NCBI GenBank assembly: GCA_951406725.2
Contig: OX597817.1
Location: 88,846,001 to 88,910,000, forward strand
Length of the DNA stretch: 64,000 nt
Direction: 5' to 3'
From: Octopus vulgaris
Taxonomy: Eukaryota
Shown: positions 56,520 to 64,000 of the stretch, piece by piece
How positions within the stretch are numbered: position 1 is the first letter of the stretch
Layout: every line of letters begins with the position of its first letter
Translations under genes and position numbers: made by a program
The notes under the pieces: model-generated
Database searches by the model: none
Told to the model about the DNA's origin: nothing
Seen by the model: the letters and a program-made list of their open reading frames with translations, nothing else

Positions 56520-57270
56520 ATCAAGCTGACTCAGTAAATGAAAAGGCTCACTGTAATAGTTGCCTTAAAAGCGCAGCATAATGATATAGAGATGGCTGAC
56601 TTCCTGAAAGTTGATTCATACTTTGCTGTTCGAAAAGAGCTGGAAGCTGCTGATGGAGATCCAACATCAGCAGCTTAATGCAAAGCACATGTACAGGGTC
56701 CTAATACAATAAGAAGACATAACTTTGTACAAAAAGTTCAAGAAATAATCGATAAAAACTCCAGAAAGTCAATCAAAGCCATTGCAAAGGATTTCAAGGT
56801 TTCGGAAGGACACCAAAAAGATTTCAAGGTTTCATAAGGATATCCGATAGAAGTATATGATTCGTAGAGGTCAGTTTATGTCGGATGTGACGAGAGAGAA
56901 TAGTTCGATCCGTGCAAAGCGTTTGCTAAACATGCTAAAACATCAAGAGGCTGGAATATTTTAGTTTTTCACCGATAAGTAAAAAACTTCGATCAGGATC
57001 TAAAGGTAAACAAAAAGAACGACAGACAGATATGAGATTCCAACGGTCATGCATACCAAGTTCTCAAGAACTCTGGTGGTTCTGGGATGAGACAGCAACG
57101 TGGAGATGCCATGCCCTCACTTTTTTTTCACAGAGCTTAAGAGTTAATGCTGCAGACTACATAGAGTTGTTGAAGAAAGTTGTGCATCCATGGATAGACA
57201 GAGTACGCAACAGAAGACCGTACGCCTTCCAAAAAAAAAAAAAAAAAAAATCTCTGCACCGTATATATGC
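56520..57270 (+). pseudogene. Decayed maT/DD37D-like Tc1-mariner transposase
   Basis: KRLTVIVALKA, RRGQFMS, RAKRLLN.LKH, KNFDQD.KVN..NDR, LRVNAADYIELLKKVVHPWI...PYAFQ. Confidence 0.7.
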
Positions 57271-57299
57271 ATGTAAATATGTGCGTTCTCTTCTGTTTT

Positions 57300-57695
57300 T
57301 AATTATCTGAATGCGTAATTTGAGGAAGTAACTCGTTTCTAATAAGGACACAAAGCTCACTTAAACATTTATTCACAAAACCAAGAGCACTAATAATTAT
57401 TGGTATAAATGTGAATTTATAATCTGGATATAGAAGCTGGGGATCGCAGAGCAGTAATTCATAGTTATCCTCTTTTTTCTTGATTTTTAAAGAGATATTC
57501 ACACCCACAGGACAGCTGACCTACAAGATGGTACATACTTTTTCTTGTCGTCCCAAACAACAATATCTGGCCCGTTATATTTAACACTTGACCTGTTTTG
57601 ATAGGAATGTCCACCATTATTCCTTGTGCTGATATTTGTGCATGTATTCAATAACAGGAGGAATCTCTTTTTTGATTCTAGGACAGTCTTTTTCC
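57300..57695 (-). pseudogene. R4/Dong-like non-LTR restriction-like endonuclease fragment
   Basis: PDIVVWD...VSCP..VNISLKIKKKEDNY...YPDYKFTFIPIIISALG. Confidence 0.6.
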
Positions 57696-58454
57696 ATATG
57701 TCTGTCTGGCAGCCAGTCTGTCTATCTGTCTGTCTGTCTGTTTGTATGCATGTATGTATGTGTTTAAGAAAATATGTACGTATAACTATTGTCTACATTA
57801 GTAAGTAGTAAAGCCAAAAACAGATGCTACATCAACAGCATTAAATAGTAACATCATCATCAACAACAACAAGAAAAAACAACAACAAAAGCACTACTGA
57901 CAATAGTAGCAACATAGCAAAAGCGACAACAACAACAACAACAACCAAGACAATAACGATAACAACAACAACGACGACAATAATGACAACAACGACAGCA
58001 AAAGCAGCAATAACACTGATAATCACACCACCACCACCACCACCACCACCACCAAAACAAAACAGCAACAACAATGTCACTGACAACAAAACCAACAACA
58101 ACATCAACATAATTGTCATTCCAATAACGATAACTGCCAAATAGATAAATTAATATTAGAGGAAAAATAAAACATCTTGAGGTAAAAATCGATAAAATAC
58201 CATTTGTTTTTGGTGCCACTGTCAGTTTGTCTGTCTGTCTGTCTGTCTGTCTGTTTCTCGGCCACTCTGCCTGTCTTTCTCTTTCTCTCTCTCTCTCTCC
58301 TCCCTTTCTCTCTTCCCTCTCTCTCCCCGCTCTCTGTGTGTATCACTCTATGCATATATATATGTCCGGATGTCTGTCAGTCTATCTGTCTGTCTGTTTC
58401 TCCGCCTCTCTCTCCCCCTCTCTCCCTGTCTCTCTATATAAGTATGACTGAATG

Positions 58455-58519
<65 letters not shown>

Positions 58520-58640
58520 CTTACTTGGAGGATAAGAAACGACGCGAGGCGCTCAGTCATATAATAACAATTTAACAAATAAAACATATGCATACATACA
58601 TACATATATGTACATACCTACATCTATATGTATATATACA

Positions 58641-58686
<46 letters not shown>

Positions 58687-58807
58687 ACAATATAAGGAAT
58701 GGCCATATAGGACATTCGACTCACTAGAAAGAGCAGCCAAAACTCATACCGCTAAGTAGTTGTAATTCTGAAATAGACAGAGAAATAAAAACGTTTACCC
58801 CTTTCAT

Positions 58808-58906
58808 CTCTGGACTATGCATAGTTTCGGCAAAACTTTGGCAAATGAATTAATTAAATTAAATTAAATTAAATTCATCTACATCTGGCGTGCCTCGTCA
58901 GCAGAG
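58808..58906 (-). ncRNA. Intact type I hammerhead ribozyme with long AT-rich loop II
   Basis: ctctg-CTGACGA-ggca[~58 nt]tgcc-GAAAC-tatgcata-GTC-cagag; in an element (58685-59085) between microsatellites. Confidence 0.85.
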
Positions 58907-59085
58907 AGCCTAGGACGAGTATATGTCCACGAGGCTATGGTAAAGAAGCCTTCAGTACATATGCTCTAAATTTTCAAATCTTAGCGCAATCGCGCGGTCT
59001 TCTCAGCAGCAAATATAAACTGCTAATTTAATTTCAAAATTAGCCAAAAAATCATTAATTAATAAATATAAGGGTAGCAAAAAAT

Positions 59086-59179
<94 letters not shown>

Positions 59180-59290
59180 TACAGGACACCACAAATAAAC
59201 GTAGAACACAACGAGAAACGAAAACATAAAAACAAACAAGGAAACGGACTTTTTTTAACAACGAAAAAACAGGGTACAAGACAACAATAC

Positions 59291-59362
59291 AAGGAATATT
59301 CCCCTTCATCAGCTGCCCTTGGTTCGATTCAATGCGTGTTTCGAAGATAAGGGCAGAACACG
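59291..59362 (-). ncRNA. Putative pseudoknotted/permuted hammerhead ribozyme (copy 2)
   Basis: Minus strand: cgtGT-T-ctgccctt-atcttc-GAA-Acacg-linker-aagggcag-CTGATGA-aggggaatattcctt. Confidence 0.6.
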
Positions 59363-59984
59363 ATTCGGCCGAAGCAATCCTTCCTGAAAAATGAATTAAA
59401 TGAAATTCTTTTGCAGAGGGGTAAAAAAAGGAAAGAAAAAAAGTGACAAAAACAGGACGTAAAAGCAATACAAATAAAAATACAGGCTTAAAAGAGCCCT
59501 CAATGTTGGGTTTTCTTTATGTGTACGGTGCGTTGTGTTCTTGAGCAAAGCACTTCATTTCATACTGCTCCAGTTCACTTGCACCTGTACAGTTAACGCC
59601 AGTTTGATGGACTGAGTGAGCGACTGTACAGCACAGACATTTGATAAGCATAAACAAGTCATCTGTACAAGTTGTTCATCGATAAGCTGCAGCGACCTTA
59701 TCTGTCATCATCGACTGAAGAGTTCATGCATGTATGTATGCGTGCATGCGTGCATGTATGTATGCATGCATGTATGTATGTATGTATGTATGTATGTATG
59801 TATGTATGTATGTATGTATGTATGTATGTATGTGTGTGTGAGTATGTGCACGTGTACATATGTATGTGTGTGTGTATATGTGCACGTGTACATATGTATG
59901 TATGTATGTAGGTAGGTACGTACTTATGCAAGCATGCATGCATGCATGTAAATATGTATGTATGTGTGTGTACGTACGTATGCA

Positions 59985-60211
59985 AGGCGAGCTGGCAGAA
60001 ACGGTAGCACGCCGGGCGAAATGCGTAGCCGTATTTCGTCTACCGTTACGTTCTAGTTCAAATTCCGCCGAGGTTGACTTTGCCTTTCATTCTTTCGGGG
60101 TCGATAAATTAAGTACCAGTTACGCACTGGGGTCGATGGAATCGACTTAATCAGTTTATCTGTCCTTGTTTGTCCCCTCTGTGTTTAGCCCCTTGTGGGT
60201 AGTAAAGAAAT
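59985..60211 (+). mobile_element. tRNA-derived SINE
   Basis: ggcgagctggcagaaacggtagcacgccgggcg... Confidence 0.85.
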
Positions 60212-60508
60212 ATATATGTATGTATTTATGTATGTCCGTCTGTTTACTTTTTGTCTGTCGGGTTGTATGCTTGCATGATTTGTTGTTTAGCAGGACAGGT
60301 ACTTGAAGAGAATACACATATCAATAAATTATATATATGCAAAATACCTTACCTTCACGACTTTTTGTTTATGCGAGTATGCATGCATATATGTGTGTGT
60401 GTGTTTCTGCGACAGCAGTGAGTGTATGCACACATGCGTGCGCGAGCACACGCACATACTTTCGTATGTATGTATGTACGTACGTACATATAGATACGTG
60501 CATATATA

Positions 60509-60556
<48 letters not shown>

Positions 60557-61086
60557 CACACATAAATGTGCAATGGTGTCTGTCTGTCTGTCTGTGTGTT
60601 TGGGATTACTCTAACTCCTCCCACACCGTCCAACCGATTTTAATGATTTTTGGCACATGCCCTGAAGTTCAAATAAGGCCGGAAGTTTTCCGAAAACTCC
60701 ATAATACTCAGTTGGCATCGATTTTTGTGAGCTCAATCGGGCGTTTGAAGGGAAATTTCCATAACGATGTTATTTTTTCTGCAGCTTTTGTATTTTTTGA
60801 CTGATATTGATGAAAATCGATGAGTCAGCGAGGCTCAGGGCAATGAGTTGATGTCAGTATATGGCGTTGACCCAAAATCAATAATTGCGACTGAGCAGTG
60901 GTTTTATAAAATGAATAGGGTTTTGCGTGCAAATACCCATAACGATTTTATTTTTGGCCGTAACTTTTATATTATTTATCCGATTTGAATGAAATTTGAG
61001 ATGTAGGTAAGTTTTGTGGTGGGGGAGACGGTAAAGGTGCTTATTTAATTCAAAAGGGCTTATATATATATATGTATATATATATA

Positions 61087-61400
61087 TATCTCTTATTATA
61101 AAAGGCAGATTTTATCTGCCTCCCTTTGGGAGTTATAGAAATCTACAATATAGGATTTCTTCAATTACAATTTACCTAGCAGTTTTAAGAGTACAATGCA
61201 TCGCGTCATGCCAGGTCCAGTTTTTAAAATTTAAACTCCAATTTAGCAAAATTTACAGAAAACTCACATTCTGGTGTGTGTGTCAAATGCTTTTCTTAGT
61301 CTGGTTTACACCACACGCAAACGCACACACACAGTGGGCAACGAATAAAATGAAAGTAAATAGCGACAGAGTGATTTGAGGAAGACTAAAGTGAAAGTAT
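61087..61400 (+). mobile_element. Helitron-like 5' segment, repeated directly at 63046-63360
   Basis: Begins A|TCtcttattataaaaggcag next to (TA)n; high identity between the two copies. Confidence 0.55.
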
Positions 61401-61567
61401 TCTGTCTATGACGCTGATAGATACATGAGTAAAATGTATGGGAAGCTAAGAGCTAAGAGTGAGTGAAAATGTTCTTGGAAGAGAGTAATTAGTAATAAAG
61501 TAAACATACACTCATACATACATACATACATACATACATACATACATACATACATACATACATACAT

Positions 61568-61598
<31 letters not shown>

Positions 61599-61828
61599 TA
61601 CACACACACATACATACACACACATACATACATACACACATACATACATACATACATATACATACATACGTACATACATACATATACATACATACATACA
61701 CACACACACATACACACACACACAGTATTGAAGCTTGAGAACAATCAGATACATTTGCAACACATCTGTTGAAAATATTATTGTTCACACACATACATAT
61801 ACATATATACATACAGACAGACAGACAG

Positions 61829-61877
<49 letters not shown>

Positions 61878-61929
61878 ATCCAGCATGGCCACAACCTCAA
61901 GGCTGAAACATATAAAAGAATAACAGAAT

Positions 61930-62297
61930 ATAAATGTGTGCAAAGTACAAGAAATATTAATGCAGTATATGGGGATTGGACAATAAGCGTAAGGCAGTGT
62001 CAATGGTGGTTCCAGAAATCCCGAGCCATAAACTACAGCCTAGAAGACGAGCCTCATCCTGAAAGATCTGTAGAACTCGACAAGGACATCCTGAAAACCC
62101 TGGTGGAACAAAATATCATCGTAACTGTTGAGGAACTAGCAGAGAAGCTTGGATTTGGTCATTCAACCATTCATTGACACCTGTGTGCTATCGGAAAAGT
62201 CAGCAAATTGGGTCAATGGGTTCCTCACGAACTTTCCGAGTCTAATTGCATGCAGAGAGTGAATGTATGCTTTTCTTTGCTGTCATATCTCACCACT
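61930..62297 (+). pseudogene. Mariner transposase N-terminal fragment
   Basis: STRNINAVYG..SVRQCQWWF..YSLEDEP..TVEELAEKLG..STIH, KLGQWVPHEL. Confidence 0.85.
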
Positions 62298-62311
62298 ACT
62301 GCGCTATGTAT

Positions 62312-62949
62312 ATCTATATATATAAAACTGTAGTTGTGTGAGTGTCTGTCCCCTTCGATTTAGATTCCTAACTACTCCCACATTTTGCGGTACAGTTTAA
62401 CCAAATTCGGGTAGCTTATAGTCGTGATTCATATCGAGCCCGTCTGAATATTAGCGCGCGTCTACGATGAGTCTACGATTTTAAAAATAATTTAACATCA
62501 TTTTTTATTCCATTTTAATGCATAATTTTTCGTGTGTCGATGGCGGCGGAGCTGGCGTCCACGCTCACACCTGCACCTGTGGGGAAGGGAGTGTAAGGAA
62601 ATCAACGTCGTAATGCGTTGTCAAGGAGACCAGTGTTCTTTTAGAACAACGACTTCATGGCTTGAAGACACCAAAACAGAAATGGCTAAGAAAGTGTCTA
62701 CATGAGTCTACGATTTAAAAAAAAATTTACCATCGTTTTTTTTCCATTTTAATGCATTTTTTCGCTATTATATAAGGGAAGTAACTCTCTAAAAATGTCT
62801 ACGATGAGTCAACGATTTAAAAAAAAATTTACCATCATATTTTTTCCATTTTTAATGCATTTTTTGCTATTTTTTGGCTATAACTCTCTAAAAATGCTTA
62901 TATAGTTATTTCCCTTACAAACCCGAGCAACGCCGGGCGATACTGGTAG
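62312..62949 (+). mobile_element. Non-autonomous Helitron
   Basis: 5' A|TCtatatatataaaa; 3' hairpin cccgagcaacgccggg followed by ctggTAG|T; internal subrepeats. Confidence 0.7.
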
Positions 62950-62963
62950 TATATATATATATG

Positions 62964-63022
<59 letters not shown>

Positions 63023-64000
63023 TTATGCATGTAAGTGTATATATATATCTCTTATTATAAAAGGCAGATTTTATCTGCCTCCCTTTGGGAGTTATACAAA
63101 TCTACAATATAGGATTTCTTTAATTACAATTTACCTTGCATTTTTAAGAGTACAATGCATTGCGTCATGCCAGGTCCAGTTTTTAAAATTTAAACTCCAA
63201 TTAAGCAAAATTTACAGAAAACTCACATTCTTGTGTGTGTGTCAAATGCTTTTCTTAGTCTGGTTTACACCACACGCAAACGCACACACACAGTGGGCAA
63301 CGAATAAAATGAAAGTAAATAGCGACAGAGTGATTTGAGGAAGCCTAAACTGAAAGTAATTAAACCACTACTCAAAAAATAAAAAAATACAGCAAACAGA
63401 AACAAATAAATACATAACCATTTAGTCCTCACACAATTTCTTCAATTAGAATTTACCTAAGATTTTTCAAAGTACTCCATTCGCTCATGCCATAATATAT
63501 TTCTTTCAATTTCACCCCCAATTAAGACAAAATTCGAGAAAACTCAATATTTTAACATATCACTCCGAAAGCATTGATGTACATGTGTGCTTGCGAGAGT
63601 GTGTGTGTGTCATTCCTCACACACACGCATACACATACATATACAACTACATACAACTACATACACATACAACTACATACAAACACGTGTGTGTTTGTTA
63701 TTAGTAAAAAAGGCGCAAAAACACAACTCACTTATCATTCCAACACATTTGCAAAGACACAGGGAGGACAGAAAAGGTAAATTGGTTTTTATTTTACTCT
63801 GTATATATTTTATTATATAATATTATATATAGATATATGTATACATAATTGCAGTATGAAACAGTGTTTATGTATAAACAGACGACACTTATATATAGTT
63901 ACCAAGCCGCCCGAATTTACCTATTCATATTTAAATGAGAATATCAGAGCAAATCTCTTTAGTACATTCGTGAAAACACGTATTATACTTCGTAAACACT

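Overview
Repeat-dominated, AT-rich eukaryotic DNA. The SINE families and extreme microsatellite load look like an octopus (cephalopod) genome; this is recognition, not a database result. Almost all ORFs in the supplied track are microsatellite artefacts, and no intact protein-coding gene is visible. Recognisable mobile DNA includes decayed mariner and maT transposases, an RTE LINE, CRE-like and R4-like restriction-like-endonuclease fragments, Penelope GIY-YIG remnants, a Merlin-like element with an 8-bp TSD, Helitron-type elements, a probable solo LTR and many tRNA-derived SINEs. The striking hidden layer is a set of (TA)n-embedded, fold-back, Penelope-type non-coding elements carrying hammerhead ribozymes (HHRs). 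These include a 536-bp tandem retrozyme-like array with four intact HHRs, minimal palindromic HHR hairpins, a U3-A8 core variant in a 3.3-kb palindrome, and two divergent copies of an apparently pseudoknotted or permuted HHR whose GAAA strand sits inside loop I. Two promoter-like islands (E2F/CCAAT near 47.3-47.8 kb; RFX X-box/CCAAT near 35.25 kb) hint at host genes. All structures were folded by eye and coordinates are approximate to a few bp.
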